Shown here: positions 39,901-50,102 of the stretch, piece after piece
How the letters are laid out: every line of letters starts with the position of its first letter
Numbering within the stretch: the first letter of the stretch is position 1
Source: Trypanosoma brucei
Taxonomy: Eukaryota
Assembly: GCA_000002445.1 (NCBI GenBank)
Contig: CM000208.1
Coordinates: forward strand, 256,001-320,000
Direction of reading: 5' to 3'
Length of the DNA stretch: 64,000 bases
The notes under the pieces: model-generated
The model's database searches: none
Seen by the model: only the letters and a program-made list of their open reading frames with translations
What the model was told of the DNA's origin: nothing
Position numbers and translations under genes: made by a program

Positions 39901-42344
39901 ATAGGTTTGACAGAGTGCATGTGAGTATGAATGTGGTCCCCGTATGGCAGCATAGGACGGGGTAAAGGTGAAGTTTCGTTGTCATAATGAGCGTCAAAAC
40001 CTCGGCTGTTAGGTGTGTAGCAGCTATGCCTATCGCTACCACCATCACTTTTCTCCTTCACCGTTTCAGATCCCTGCCGCAACAGCGGCACACCCATGAG
40101 CTGGCACTGGTAGTCAACGCTTTGTGCTTGCCACCGCAGCACCTCAAGGAGATTTGTTCTGTTGTGCTTCAGCTGCGAAAGTTGTTCCTCCGCGGACCCC
40201 GGTGCGGAAACAGGCGCCAACTGCGATGCAATGTCCTCCGGCATGTCGTTACTTTCCATATATCGACCATGGCGTGCAAGACAGTTAGCGTCCACGTAAT
40301 GGAAAGTCACGAAACTCTTCTCAGAGTCATCCCCAACACTGTCAATGTAAACACAAAACACATCACCATGCGTCAAGCTCCATTGGTCACCATCACTGTG
40401 TTTAATGCCGTTCATATGGCAAACGACTTTTTTGTGAAGAACAGCCTCATCGCCTTCTTTACAGGGAGGGACATACCGAACCCAGTAGCGCCGTTCACAC
40501 GAGTTACTTGGCATCCTCTCAAACTCCACTAATCCATGGCTAGTCTCCAAACATTTCAGTTGAGGTATCTTTGGCCTCGCCACAAGTTGTCCACTACCTT
40601 CAGCGCCGCTCAAGAGATCTGAAAGGTGAAACTGCACAACGTTCCTTGTCAGTGAAGAGATACCGATCCTGCTACCCTCCACATTTGCCACACCTATACC
40701 CGTGGAGTTTTTATATTTCCTGTGAACCGTGACAACTAGTGGCACAGCACAGTGATCAGCTGTGGAAAAAACAGCCTCACTCACAGTACCGTACCGCTTT
40801 ATCGGAGCGCCGCAGCGCAATGTTTTGTGCGGAATAGTCCCACAAATGGTAATCTCACCACTGTCGCTGTCCCTTGCATCACTCTCAGACAGAAGACCAT
40901 CAATGGAATGGCCGCTTCCAGCAACTTTTAGGAGGTTCTCAACGTGCTGTCGCAGCTTTTCATTCTCCTGCTTCAGCGCCGCGTTTAGCTCCAGTAGACT
41001 ATTACGAGTTTGAAAGGTTGTGTTCACAACTGGCCTATTGCGTATCTTGCGCACGCCCTTGGCATACTGCATAGTGGCACACGATTCCTGGTAACAGAAA
41101 GCAACGGGGGATATCGTGGCAATCATGAAGGTTTTACTGTTTCCACCCAGGTAGTCCCTCAGAACCATCGTGAGGAGCGAGTCGCGATAGTTCACGTACT
41201 TAGAGCCTTGAGAAATTTCGTTGATGACACGCGAGAGGGTGGTAAGGGACTGGTTGATCTCAATTCCTTCATCACGACTCTTCCCGTCGGTTTTCGCAGT
41301 CTTCTGTCGCTCACTTCCCGCCAAGTCAACAATGTTGAGCAGTGCGTTGAGTTCCACAGTCTCCCTCGTCACCTTATCTGTACGCCATTGAGTGACGTGC
41401 AACTGAAGTATAGTATGGCTACGGCTGCTGTGTGCATTCATTCCCGTTTCCCCTGTCTGTCGCCTGCCAAAGCCCAACTCCACCAGCGGCATCGCCTTAT
41501 CTGCCGCCGTAACAAAATGCCTTTGTAGTTCATGTATAACCAACGCCTCTCTGCCGCTACTGTCTCGCACGAACGTCACACGAAGCGGGCCCTTGCGGGA
41601 GAAGAGACAAAACGCCTCGTTCTGGTAGATCTCGAAGAAGGACAGTTGTACGCGGAACGAATAATCCGTCTCCGTGTTTTCTTCATAGTTACGCTTTATG
41701 GCCTCGAGGCGCATAAACAAGTCATCCATGGTGCGTGGGACAACACCGGGGTCCCGCTGAATATAGGCAGCATCTCCAAAAAGGGTGTAAGTCTTACCAC
41801 TGCCTGTTTGGCCGTACGCAAACACACAAGAGTTGATGCCTTCCACAGCTGCCGATACAGCGTGCACGGCAGTGGAAAGGTAGACATCCTCCTGCGATCC
41901 GTATTCCGGTGGGCGAATGAAGTCGCTGTTTCGAACAATCGGCATTTGCAACATGGAGTCTGCGTCCATCGACGCAAGACAGTTGTCAAACTCGAAGTAG
42001 TTTGCCGTTGCAGTGGACATTAACGGTCGACGCTTGGAGTGTTTACCCACGGTGCGCAGTGAACGGCCCACAAGAAGTTGAACGACATGCTGCGCATCAC
42101 GCACCGCGCACGCAGCATCGTCCAGCGATTTTGGGTCGTGCAAGGCAACAATATTCTCAAGTGTAGAAACGCAAATGCGCTGCGATGCCCGTGTGGTGCT
42201 TCGCGGGGGTCGATGCCTGGGGCTCATCCTGCCTGCGCCGCATTTCCTGCTGCTGCAACTCAGTTCCAGTTCCGATAGCGTCGGGACGGAGCGGACGCGC
42301 AAACAAACATAAATATATCCGTTGTCTGGGTACTCGATTGCCAT
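36948..42344 (-). CDS. Kinesin-like protein with the motor domain near the N-terminus and a very long tail. The start codon is uncertain
   Basis: It has the P-loop FAYGQTGSGKTYTLFG, switch I NAHSSRSHT, switch II LNIVDLAGSERQ and the neck region. The first ~110 codons of the ORF may be a 5' over-extension. The tail is long, Ser-rich and coiled-coil. Confidence 0.85.
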   Translation of the reverse strand: MAIEYPDNGYIYVCLRVRSVPTLSELELSCSSRKCGAGRMSPRHRPPRSTTRASQRICVSTLENIVALHDPKSLDDAACAVRDAQHVVQLLVGRSLRTVGKHSKRRPLMSTATANYFEFDNCLASMDADSMLQMPIVRNSDFIRPPEYGSQEDVYLSTAVHAVSAAVEGINSCVFAYGQTGSGKTYTLFGDAAYIQRDPGVVPRTMDDLFMRLEAIKRNYEENTETDYSFRVQLSFFEIYQNEAFCLFSRKGPLRVTFVRDSSGREALVIHELQRHFVTAADKAMPLVELGFGRRQTGETGMNAHSSRSHTILQLHVTQWRTDKVTRETVELNALLNIVDLAGSERQKTAKTDGKSRDEGIEINQSLTTLSRVINEISQGSKYVNYRDSLLTMVLRDYLGGNSKTFMIATISPVAFCYQESCATMQYAKGVRKIRNRPVVNTTFQTRNSLLELNAALKQENEKLRQHVENLLKVAGSGHSIDGLLSESDARDSDSGEITICGTIPHKTLRCGAPIKRYGTVSEAVFSTADHCAVPLVVTVHRKYKNSTGIGVANVEGSRIGISSLTRNVVQFHLSDLLSGAEGSGQLVARPKIPQLKCLETSHGLVEFERMPSNSCERRYWVRYVPPCKEGDEAVLHKKVVCHMNGIKHSDGDQWSLTHGDVFCVYIDSVGDDSEKSFVTFHYVDANCLARHGRYMESNDMPEDIASQLAPVSAPGSAEEQLSQLKHNRTNLLEVLRWQAQSVDYQCQLMGVPLLRQGSETVKEKSDGGSDRHSCYTPNSRGFDAHYDNETSPLPRPMLPYGDHIHTHMHSVKPMDMSTAAHAFQRTSNWKCCSVGAGALAESQRDCLRESEVCSWRFAKRSVEFGEVARCLAELERSSSLSQPVTANVVNSPPMESGIMEDGKGIKFIGCGDEAVVRVEKGTDTIVHMPYQKGGDEFDGGERKVKGLRESKTSTPSGAANPLRNGPHPREGARTSPLPGTRMSLVGDFCSELNADTVVGYSANANIFHLTSDGVRERELWVRIRSLERSVEDLRGQKSVLESKLRIAQDANTELELSEAQLKDELSQLTKEFLDSAADHSKLKGEISNLGAILHSMEGALMEVSVVSEFEMNEQFPIMAEKILMLRALTRMWKRRAMGSVARGTFTSGSRSSTNVSLTSGEGRTRGVVQASRDDLHLELSDTRAQQFLKEHVPDFPANTSVVEHSEKETAAESVFVVGTVLVGLEREKNQLVTDVNRERDEGEHYKGLVFRVQGDVNDLKMNAKKRESPTTEKMAERMAVSSVRSRQLVEAGRKRDASDMNLWTTDQADSNIRKKSLDNKVTLLQEQRMLLKQQQREYDRRAASLACKVEELRYTLSCLREKVQDNGPNGFKDANDLYQRVEELINEAMSGFGGQGCHSTSPPDFKFTGEMITLVLMGLRILLDRLKVELYVLNRQSLHRFALIAPAVHLRPETQFRYYMHKLRGTISGIARKPQCVGADWTVTEADILSGLVSHRRRQAGDALYGLLIWYDHWDVAAKTDHICYVELIRNRDHVMQIARLVRQESLVNTNATSCQNLLPDERRASTLGKEIPRSGKNIGATDITVTASRNILGKLSARVKNSTLGNAMTKWKKCPPGSTSFRGTSASSTLHSPSQESGLTFLSLAPNTTFTPLDFPSREPMRLSKSGHLQKQSQSNSASEKPSGSTVEKFGRRSRIIVVPVSEADITVAASTGLPRRSRTFNYARNLSTAYFSERELQPRALTKACTRFSRSKTFAALGNMAHGKPCHLSNMASKSSSVCEGRNGKSMSSCSFLPV

Positions 42345-43161
42345 AATATGAAGCCTCTCGACTCTCCCTCAGGAGTTACAAACTCAGGATGTGCTTGTGG
42401 GCTCGACTCACTGGGTATTTAATGGCTCCCTCTCCCCCGCTCCTGGCGATGCAAGGCCGTGAAACGTGAGTGGATGCAGCGGTACTAGAACAACAAAAAA
42501 GCAACTGATAGCAACGATACACTTTGATTGCAGCCTCCTTTTCTTCTTCGTTTCCACAGGTCGTTGGTCCCCGTATGACTTTGACGCACCAAACGGTTCC
42601 ACCTTTTAAAGCTAATAAGTAACGATAGATGGAAGTAAATCCTTTTCTTGCTGTATTTTTTCTTACACTTCCCCCTCTTGCTGTTTTCTCGCTACCTAAA
42701 GACCTCACAGCGAGCCGTCACAACCACGATGAAAGTGGGCCTTTAGTACTACTTTTTGCGCCGTTGCTCCCTCACACTTCTCTCTTTTAAACCCTACGTA
42801 GCAACCGCAGTCCAACAGCAACACACAAAGTAAACAGTTGAGACAAACGGGAGTTGAGATGCTTCAGGACTCCACAAAACTACTGAAGCAAAGATAATGC
42901 GTGACTTTGCTTCAGCGAAACTTCGAGCGGACAGACAACTGAGCGCAAATTTGATGAGCTTTCCCTTCCTTTATTTCCTTGCACCTCCAAAGTAATAAAA
43001 AAATAGATTTGCGAGCCGAACTTCGCACTTTAGGTTATGTCACGAATGCTGCTCAGGAATCCAAGGGAAAGCAACGACAGCAGCAACGGTTGATAAAAGC
43101 AGAACAGGTGCTCAATATGTTTTTTTTTCTTTTTCCTTGGTTTGCCGTAGGAGGGGAGTCG

Positions 43162-43181
43162 TATATATATATATATATATA
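43162..43181. repeat. (TA)n microsatellite. Further (TA)n tracts lie at 43872-43920 and 44494-44513 in the same spacer
   Basis: Direct reading of gtatatatatatatatatatact. Confidence 0.95.
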
Positions 43182-44556
43182 CTGTGTCCACTACGCAAAT
43201 GGCTGCAGATGTATCATCCATCCGCAGCGGCAAAGGCGTGAATTCACACAAACTCAAGAAAGTTGGAAAAAGAACAAAAAGGTGAGAAAATGCTACGGTT
43301 TGGAGAGCGATGGAGACACGGACAGACCTGCGAGTGAAGAGGCAAAGCGAAGTCACGTAAGCACATCGTCGGCAACATAAATCGTGGTAGGAACGCTAAC
43401 AACAGAAGTAAATATAATGGTAATGAGGGTAGTGACCGAAACAGAAGTACCAAAGAGGAAGAATCAATAACCACAACAAAAAAGTAGGAAAATAAACACG
43501 TACACGCATGAGAAGAACATTCATTTTTTTTTCAAAAGGGGAAAGAAAAAATTTTTGCGCCTGCGGACTCGACGCAACATCAAAAAAGTGGCACTGTAAT
43601 GGTCAGGTTAGGCAGCAATCATAAATAGGGAGAGGAGAGAAACAGGAAGAAGGACAGACACGGTGGTACACCCTCCTACCCGAGTGTTTGCAGGAGCTTC
43701 AGCATCCCTTTCAATCTATTACGCTAACCAAATAAATCACACCTTCCCCTTGCTTAATATAAAAGGCGTAAAGAAAATGACGATCATAGTACTGGTTTAA
43801 AATGTGTGTTGGTGCGAGATTGCCATGTTCCGCTGTAAGAAACAGTATAAACTTTCCCGCACACATACACACATATATATATGTTATGTATGTAATATAT
43901 ATATATATATAATTTATATTTGTCTCTTCGCATATAGTCGTGAATATGAATGAACATGTGTACCTGTCCTATCTACTCTCTTCGGACAGATGGTTTCTTC
44001 AGAGCTTAGAAAAAAAAAATAGATTAGGTTTACTATTTCATCTGTCGACTTGATTTGCATCTCCCCCCTTCCCCTCCTTGCATTCCTTCCGTTAGCCTTC
44101 TACTCTACGAGAAACATAAGAAAAATGAAAACTGAATAAGCGCCGCGTAAACAACTGCTACCACCGCATCGGCATATCATTACTCTACTCCTTCATAATC
44201 GTAATGAGTTGTAAATGATAACAAAAAGAAATGACATATCGTGCAGCGCCGCACAGGAACCATATATGCCCATCACTCTTTTACTGTATTACGTTACATG
44301 CTAAAAAAGAGAAATTTAGTAATAATAATATTAGTACTTGAAGGAGGGAAATACCAACAGTAAGAAAAACGGGGTTGGTCGCAAGAAATTTCCCAAAGAA
44401 TGATGAGCACAAAAACAGAGGATGAAGCATCAACACGCACCTGGGAACAAAGATTACACCTTCTATATGATATCGGTTGTCGCATCAGTTCTATCTATAT
44501 ATATATATATATAGAACCTTATGACACCCACAAACAAACCTCCAGCGTCAACTGTC

Positions 44557-46398
44557 CTATGCATTGTTACCGGCGAGTTGTGCTCCAACAAATGTTGAGG
44601 GCTCAGCGGAGAGCTCGTCGCTGCCACCTCCGCATGCTGCGGCGTAACCCATTGCAAAAGCCGGGGCGCTAGCCGTTCCCGTCCCCGTCCCCGCCGCTGC
44701 TGGCGGCGTCCCGCACGGGTTCCACCGCAAATTGTCGACGGTGGGAGAAGTGAAAGAAACTTTCGTGTGTGCAATTGGTTGCGGGCGATACAACGGAATC
44801 TCACTCGGTTTAGTGGGAACCTCCGATTCTAACATGCGCGTGATGCTTTCATGTTCGTTAATCATATCACGCAAGTGAGACTCTACACGCTCTGCTTCGC
44901 GGGTGGGCGCGCGGTCGCGCGGTGTTGATATTTCAATGGAAGGAAACGGCGGCAGATGCGGGGTAATGTAGTCATTGCCCGCAGCTGGCACCGACGCCGC
45001 ACTAGCCATCCCCGCTACTACACCTGGTCGCTGAAGCGGAAGTATAGGGTCCAACTGAAACGCAGGGAAGGGCCTCGGGGTACCAAGTGGATGCGGGGCA
45101 AAGGGAAGATACGATTGAGGCAGGGTATGTGGGTTCCCACCTGGAAGTTGCCCCGCGGGTATGGCCATATTAGTGACTGGGTCATTTCCGGCGGCCGCGC
45201 CATTGCCCAAGGGTTCAGCGCCTGGGGCAGTATGTTCCAGGGGTTCAGGTGACCCACCGCGCCCCCCTCGTAAATGGTCCGTTCCGTTGTCACTATAAAA
45301 GTTACTATACACACTGTTTTTATTGTTTTCCTTCTCTTTCTGCATTTCTAATTCTGCTGCCCTCCTCTCGTCCTCTTGACGTTGCTTTTTATCGTTGATT
45401 TGTCTCATCAGGTCTTCACGCAGCTGTTCGTCACTTGTCCAATTCGACCGCCCCCCACCGCGACCTTTTTTCACCCGGCCTGCCGCCTCAGAATGCTCCC
45501 GCTCCATCTCTGACTGCTCCTTTTGACCGAGACGTAGTCGCTCCGCACGAGCGGCGTCCTCCCTCCGTCTCTCTTCCTCCATTTGCAACTGCCGCTCCAA
45601 CTGCTGCTGGCGCCTGCGTTCCTCACATAGTCGTGCGTTTTCCTGTTGAAACTCAATGGCCCGTTGACGAGCCGCGCGCTTAGCTTCCGCAGAATCCTCA
45701 AAAGCGTTGAGATTAGGTAATGTTCCAACAGCCGCAGACCGCGGACGATGGAAGTCACCACGACTGCATGAGCGCCCAATAGGGTTGTTAATATACGGGA
45801 GCGGCGTCTCGGCGCGTGGCGTCCCTGCATTTACTGGGGGGAGTTGCAGTGGTGGTAAGTTGTTGGGTGCGGCGGGGGCGCAATTGTACAAGTATTGCGG
45901 CGGGGACTGGTGATAACACGCGTTGACACCGGGTGCGATCAGTGGGTGGCTAACAGGCGCGCACGCTCCCAACATAGGTTTGAACCACAATGGGTTTTTG
46001 TTAACCACTGGTGGAAGAGGCGCCCACGCCGCCGCAGGCTGCACAGGAGGAGGGGGAAGCGGAGGAAGAGCTTGGCCGAAGTTCGAAACTAAACCACCAC
46101 GATAGTTATTACCCAGAGCGTTGCCATTCACTTGTAGTGGTGTAAAATTAACATCGAATCGCTCCATTAGGGCGCTTGGTTGCTGCTGCTGCCACGGTTG
46201 CTGTTGTTGCTGCTCGACATAATGCGGTTGCCGACGAGGAGTGGCCGGTGGACCCCCATTGTACGCCCGTGGGGTGTTGCGGGGCTGACCTTGTGGCAGA
46301 ATTCCTATATTGTGATGATGATCGATCTCATATTCGCTGTCATCGTGACCAATTTTCCCAGCTATTCTCTGCCTCCTTTTGCGCTGGGCAAAAAGCAT
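44557..46398 (-). CDS. Pro/Gln-rich low-complexity protein with a central charged coiled-coil (ER/EQ-rich) segment
   Basis: 613-aa ORF. It has PPLPPPPVQP and polyQ-like runs and an RGG-like GRGGG, with a central E/R/Q block of about 120 residues. A (TA)n microsatellite lies just 3' at 44494-44513. Confidence 0.55.
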   Translation of the reverse strand: MLFAQRKRRQRIAGKIGHDDSEYEIDHHHNIGILPQGQPRNTPRAYNGGPPATPRRQPHYVEQQQQQPWQQQQPSALMERFDVNFTPLQVNGNALGNNYRGGLVSNFGQALPPLPPPPVQPAAAWAPLPPVVNKNPLWFKPMLGACAPVSHPLIAPGVNACYHQSPPQYLYNCAPAAPNNLPPLQLPPVNAGTPRAETPLPYINNPIGRSCSRGDFHRPRSAAVGTLPNLNAFEDSAEAKRAARQRAIEFQQENARLCEERRRQQQLERQLQMEEERRREDAARAERLRLGQKEQSEMEREHSEAAGRVKKGRGGGRSNWTSDEQLREDLMRQINDKKQRQEDERRAAELEMQKEKENNKNSVYSNFYSDNGTDHLRGGRGGSPEPLEHTAPGAEPLGNGAAAGNDPVTNMAIPAGQLPGGNPHTLPQSYLPFAPHPLGTPRPFPAFQLDPILPLQRPGVVAGMASAASVPAAGNDYITPHLPPFPSIEISTPRDRAPTREAERVESHLRDMINEHESITRMLESEVPTKPSEIPLYRPQPIAHTKVSFTSPTVDNLRWNPCGTPPAAAGTGTGTASAPAFAMGYAAACGGGSDELSAEPSTFVGAQLAGNNA

Positions 46399-47025
46399 TC
46401 TAGAAACGACCTCCTCTCTATGTAGCCAAATGCTGAAATTGTGACCTAAGCACGTTTACGGCACGCACGTTGGTACGAAAACCCTTCTGTGTAGGGTATA
46501 CCCAAGAGACGTGTTAATAAATTTGAAGGTAAACAAATAAGAAACAGCAAACGTGTTGGCCAAAAAGAGCACGAGTAGTGACAACAACAAAAAGCTTATG
46601 TTCTTCGGAACGGCACCAAACGTCAAACACAAGCACTTCCACACGGAAGACCAAAGAAACGGTAAGCACGAAGATAAGGTATTAAGGGATCGATGAACAG
46701 GAACTAGTACCTTGCGTCAACGCCCTCATGCATTTCCTATGTGCCAGTTCAGAGAAACAATAAGCGGCTCCTTGCCTAATTTTCTTCCCTTCCAGAACTT
46801 CCCCCTCCCCCGCCAAAACTGATCCGTCGGCTTGACTTTCCGTTCTCCCTAGCTTCCTTTCCCATCAAGTAGTATACATAAAACGGCGTCCTACCGAACA
46901 CCAGCCAAATTTGTTTGGCTCCTCGTCGCATCTAACAGGGGACTCAAACACTTCCCCAGCACACCAAAGGACGGAGAAGGAACGAATTATACTCTAAGCG
47001 ACAAAGCTCACTTATGTATGGAGAC

Positions 47026-47850
47026 TTACGGAGTTGAAGGCATCGAAATCATGTGCTCTAGCTGATTGCGCTTCAGTATGCCTTCCTTCTTGATTGCTGC
47101 CACCTCATCGCTGTGCTGTTTCCCCACAATAAGCATTTCTTCCTCACCCCTCGCCGATGCCTCGTCACACTGCTGCCGCAGCGTCTTTTCCTCCTCCGCA
47201 AGTTCTTCCATGCGTTTCTTCAACTTCCCCAAATCCTGCTGGACACGGCTTGTATCCTTCTCACCCTTCAGTGCCAAACGAAACGCATACCCGACGCGCG
47301 ACTCGAACAACTCGCGGTGTGCCGTTTGCGCCGCCACTCTTTCCGCGTGAATCTTTAGGAGCACTAAACCACGTTCCCAGCACTCGACAGTCACCTGTCG
47401 TATCACTTCGAGGAAACACTCGGCTAGTAGAAGAGATCGAATAGGACAGATGCCCGTGCGCTTCGCACCCGTCTCCCGCAATCGACGCCTCAGTTTCTCG
47501 TGTGTTTCGACAGTGTCAGTACGGGAGGCGGGCTTCGGGCTCGCGTGCTGGACCCACAACACCCCATCGTCATCATACCAAGCCCGTGGGGGAATGAAAG
47601 AGTCCAGCACCACACGCACGTTGGGATCCACCACGCTCTCTTCTATGGGCTCGCCGAAACGACGGCGGAGCTTAACGGAACGTTTTGGATCAGCTGGTGA
47701 AAATGGAAGCTCATAGCGAATAAGTGATGTGCTAGGGTCAACGGGACCAGTGACCATCGCATAATTGCGTTGGGGGGCATTTGGACCACCACGGGAAGCG
47801 ACCAATGGTCGCCTGTTCGTCCTGCTAGTTGACATCCCGTAAGGTTGCAT
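47026..47850 (-). CDS. Axonemal inner-arm dynein light chain p28 (DNALI1 family)
   Basis: FIPPRAWYDDDGVLWVQHASPKPASRTD...RETGAKRTGICPIRSLLLAECFLEVIRQVTVECWERGLVLLKI matches the conserved p28 core (ILPPREW..WVQ..S..PA.R.D...ARETGICP.R..L..CF.E.IRQVT..C.ERGLLLL). Confidence 0.8.
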   Translation of the reverse strand: MQPYGMSTSRTNRRPLVASRGGPNAPQRNYAMVTGPVDPSTSLIRYELPFSPADPKRSVKLRRRFGEPIEESVVDPNVRVVLDSFIPPRAWYDDDGVLWVQHASPKPASRTDTVETHEKLRRRLRETGAKRTGICPIRSLLLAECFLEVIRQVTVECWERGLVLLKIHAERVAAQTAHRELFESRVGYAFRLALKGEKDTSRVQQDLGKLKKRMEELAEEEKTLRQQCDEASARGEEEMLIVGKQHSDEVAAIKKEGILKRNQLEHMISMPSTP

Positions 47851-48302
47851 CTGGTAATTTCGGTAAATGCTCCACTTCTCCTATGCGCCTTCCGTGTCGC
47901 TCTTTCTTTCTTTTTTTAATGGAAGTGTCTGATTGAAGTCCACTAAAAACCTCTTCACAAAACCGCAGGGTGCGCAGTAATGTATGGTTATCGGATGAAA
48001 AGGGAAAGTGTTTCAAAGAAGGAAGTGAGAAAGAAGCCATAGCTAGTTACGGAAATAAATTTCGTTGGGGGAATTTTGTATGCGCTTGCAGGCCGGTGTT
48101 ATACAACGAAGGAAAGGGCAGTTTATGTAAGTTCCTTCAACGCTCCAAACTAAACTTGGGCATTGCCTAGCATACAAACGTCCGCGTGGGCGCGAGTCAC
48201 ATTAGCGCATACTTTTCTATACGTCTTCTATAGGCTTCTTTATTTATTCATTACTTTACTTTTGATTGCGTAAGCACAGTGTGGAGTAGTGTGCTTACGC
48301 AA

Positions 48303-49766
48303 TCAAAAGTAAACAAGGTCACGCATGCTACGTGGCACATCCGCCGGCATTTGCACAGTGTTAAGATAGTTGTAATCGTCCACGACAGTTAATACCGTAT
48401 CACATGTGTCATCAAAGTACGCTTGCTCAAGATAAGGTTCGTAGTGATGTACATGCGAGCGCACTGAGTAAAGCCTCATAAATCGTTCGTGTGCCGACTG
48501 TAGTTTTTGTGCTATTGAACAGTGGTTTGCAAGCATCAGCACCGAGTTCCGATGACCAAGTGGGCTGACGCTACATAAGGCTGTCTTGCAGCCGTCCTCA
48601 TTCCAGTACACAAGCTTCTGCCTTTCACGAATACGGGGAATGTTTCGCGTAAGATCCCCCACAGTGATTTGCGGACCTCGCGCTACGATGGCTGTGGCAA
48701 GGCAAGTACCCGCCTCATGTGTCAGCGCAGAGGATAAACCGTTAGAAACGTCAACGAACTGATGGTTTTTGTCGAGGCATGCTGCTATCATTGTGTCAAC
48801 AGAACGTGGTGCAGAAGCGGCAGCGTGGCGCGCCACACTTAGGGGGGCAATGGCGGAGGTGAGAAACAGCAGCCGCGGGTACGGTACTAGGTTTGTGGTA
48901 ATTTCGTTGATATCCATATTTAGTGGGCCGGGAAATCGCATGGCGCACGTTAAGTTACTGAGCAACTGTGCCACAAGTGCGTTCATAGAGTCGTAGGGGA
49001 GTTTGGTTTGGGTAGGTTGTGCGACACTGTAACCCCGCGCTGCTGGTGCACCCAAAGTGGTTTGCGGTTCCTTACGCTCACCGGCCGCTTGGCCTATGGT
49101 TTTTTGTCCGAGTGCCGAATCCGCCATCCGCGCAAGTGCATCATTGTCTAATGGCAGAACAGCATCAGCGTGCTCAATGAGCTCTCGGACCGCAAACGCA
49201 GTGTTGTATGGGGCCGTCACCACGTCGTCGATAGCTGAGGGCATCACAACAGGGCATATTCGAAACACGTGAGGAAACTCATCTTCTAGCATCCCAAGCA
49301 CACGCGTCCCAAGACCCGCACCAGTTCCACCGCTCAATGAATGCATTATTAAAAAGGATTGTATGCTATCACATCGCTCCACCTGCTCCCGCACAGTCTC
49401 CGTGATACTGTCAATGTACTTGTCACCGTACTCCATATGACCCACCGCCCAGTTGTTACCGGCACCACTTACATCCGACACAAAGAATGTTGCATCAAAG
49501 AGATGCCCTAATGGACCACGGAGCATCGCCCGTAACACACCCTCCTCCATGTCGACAGCTACACAGCGTGCTTTTAGAGAACCGGCCCTGCACGCCTTGT
49601 CACCGACACTTGCAAGGGGAGCGCTACCACTAACATCAAATAGTGCGTCACGAGCATCAGTGAACTGTGGGTTAGCTTTGTGTTCCTGCAACAGCACATC
49701 CCACCACTTAAGTCCCAGCTGGTTACCGCACTGGCCAACTTGAACTGTAACAACCTCACGGGGCAT
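48303..49766 (-). CDS. Tubulin-family protein, most likely epsilon-tubulin
   Basis: The N-terminus MPREVVTVQVGQCGNQLG matches the tubulin GTP-binding start. A tubulin signature variant SGGTGAG is present. The 487-aa length, extra insertions and basal-body-type divergence from alpha/beta favour epsilon, but delta or zeta cannot be excluded. Confidence 0.7.
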   Translation of the reverse strand: MPREVVTVQVGQCGNQLGLKWWDVLLQEHKANPQFTDARDALFDVSGSAPLASVGDKACRAGSLKARCVAVDMEEGVLRAMLRGPLGHLFDATFFVSDVSGAGNNWAVGHMEYGDKYIDSITETVREQVERCDSIQSFLIMHSLSGGTGAGLGTRVLGMLEDEFPHVFRICPVVMPSAIDDVVTAPYNTAFAVRELIEHADAVLPLDNDALARMADSALGQKTIGQAAGERKEPQTTLGAPAARGYSVAQPTQTKLPYDSMNALVAQLLSNLTCAMRFPGPLNMDINEITTNLVPYPRLLFLTSAIAPLSVARHAAASAPRSVDTMIAACLDKNHQFVDVSNGLSSALTHEAGTCLATAIVARGPQITVGDLTRNIPRIRERQKLVYWNEDGCKTALCSVSPLGHRNSVLMLANHCSIAQKLQSAHERFMRLYSVRSHVHHYEPYLEQAYFDDTCDTVLTVVDDYNYLNTVQMPADVPRSMRDLVYF

Positions 49767-50102
49767 CAGGGCCTGATATCGGGGCAGACGTAATCTGGAG
49801 AACTGTTAATCGCGCCCCAAAATCTGCGTCGGTGCTAGTTCCCGCTTGATTGATGGGTGACTGTATGCAAGGAGAGAAAAAAGGACACAAATGTGAATAT
49901 AAAAATGAAAAAGAAACAGACCACAAAAACGCAAAAACATAATGAAAGGAAAAATTAAAGGAAAGATTGGGGAGAGTGCTGACGAGGCACCACTTTGTGG
50001 GAAAGTAATTTAAAGGAGAATAAGCAAAAAACTGTTTGAGCTTCGCGTTATCTGGTACCATAGCAGGCGCGCACATTCTTTGCTTCAGGGCACCTAGACT
50101 GC

